Assembly (NCBI RefSeq): GCF_001194135.2
Contig: NC_068995.1
Location: 32,922,213 to 32,986,212 of the forward strand
Source: Octopus bimaculoides
Taxonomy: Eukaryota
Direction of reading: 5' to 3'
Length of the DNA stretch: 64,000 nucleotides
In this document: positions 63,586-64,000 of the stretch, in pieces
How the letters are laid out: each line of letters starts with the position of its first letter
Position numbering within the stretch: the stretch's first letter is position 1
The notes under the pieces: generated by a model
The model's database searches: none
Seen by the model: only the letters and a program-made list of their open reading frames with translations
What the model was told of the DNA's origin: nothing
Program-made: the position numbers and the translations under genes

Positions 63586-63999
63586 TATAGGAAAGTTGGT
63601 TATACATCATTAGATGTATACCTGACTTTCCTAGATAAAATTAAGAATATAACGGAACGCTGAACTCCAGACTATCAACTTAAACAACATTTATTCAGGT
63701 GGTAAATATATACATCTTTAGCTCTTGTTGACAGTTGTTACAGCTTCTGTGTGTGTGAGCATAGTTGTTGGGACGTTGTTATGTAGATGTAAGCGAGCTG
63801 TCGAGTGTAAGTCCGAAAGATGGAGAGTGACAGCTAAACACGTAAAGAGACTGTCTCCAGAGTTGGTATGTTGGAGACACTGCTTGACACGTCCATGCTC
63901 ATGGCCGGCCGACTGAGAAAGAGATAGAATTAAGCGGGAAAGCTTGCTTGTTTAATTCCACGCATGCGTGAGACTACGCATGCGCACGGCATTACTACA
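63586..63999 (-). mobile_element. Solo-LTR-like element, family B copy 3 (3' end at 63586 or 63584)
   Basis: Reverse complement starts TGTAGTAA at 63999 and aligns with copy 1 (plus ~60 extra bp); terminal CTAATG hairpin. Confidence 0.8.
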
Positions 64000-64000
64000 T

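Overview
AT-rich animal (eukaryotic) draft scaffold with 7 N-gaps. The SINE/MITE repertoire and the (TA)n/(TG)n/(TACA)n microsatellite load point to an octopus genome; this is inference from repeat style, not a database match. Two protein-coding genes are supported, both on the + strand. (1) A 5'-incomplete ANKLE1/LEM-3 orthologue (ankyrin - LEM - GIY-YIG nuclease) whose 7 visible exons (9099-30274) splice in frame at GT/AG sites into at least 2,238 aa, mostly from one 5,844-nt exon carrying a repeated SxYxSVQ motif. (2) A single-coding-exon, 1000-aa secreted-type polysaccharide/chitin deacetylase (49793-52795) with an intact first CE4 domain and a catalytically degenerate second one. The rest is transposon debris: four tRNA-type SINE families, TTAA-flanked MITEs, mariner, maT, Merlin, hAT, Helentron-type, RTE, R4-like, CRE-like, Tx1-like and Penelope-like remnants. 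The most unusual non-genic signal is five solo-LTR-like elements (44.9-64 kb) from three sequence families that all end in a ~50-nt hairpin with an invariant CTAATG loop and co-varying stems. No rRNA, genuine tRNA gene or CRISPR array was seen. Coordinates were counted by hand; repeat boundaries are approximate.
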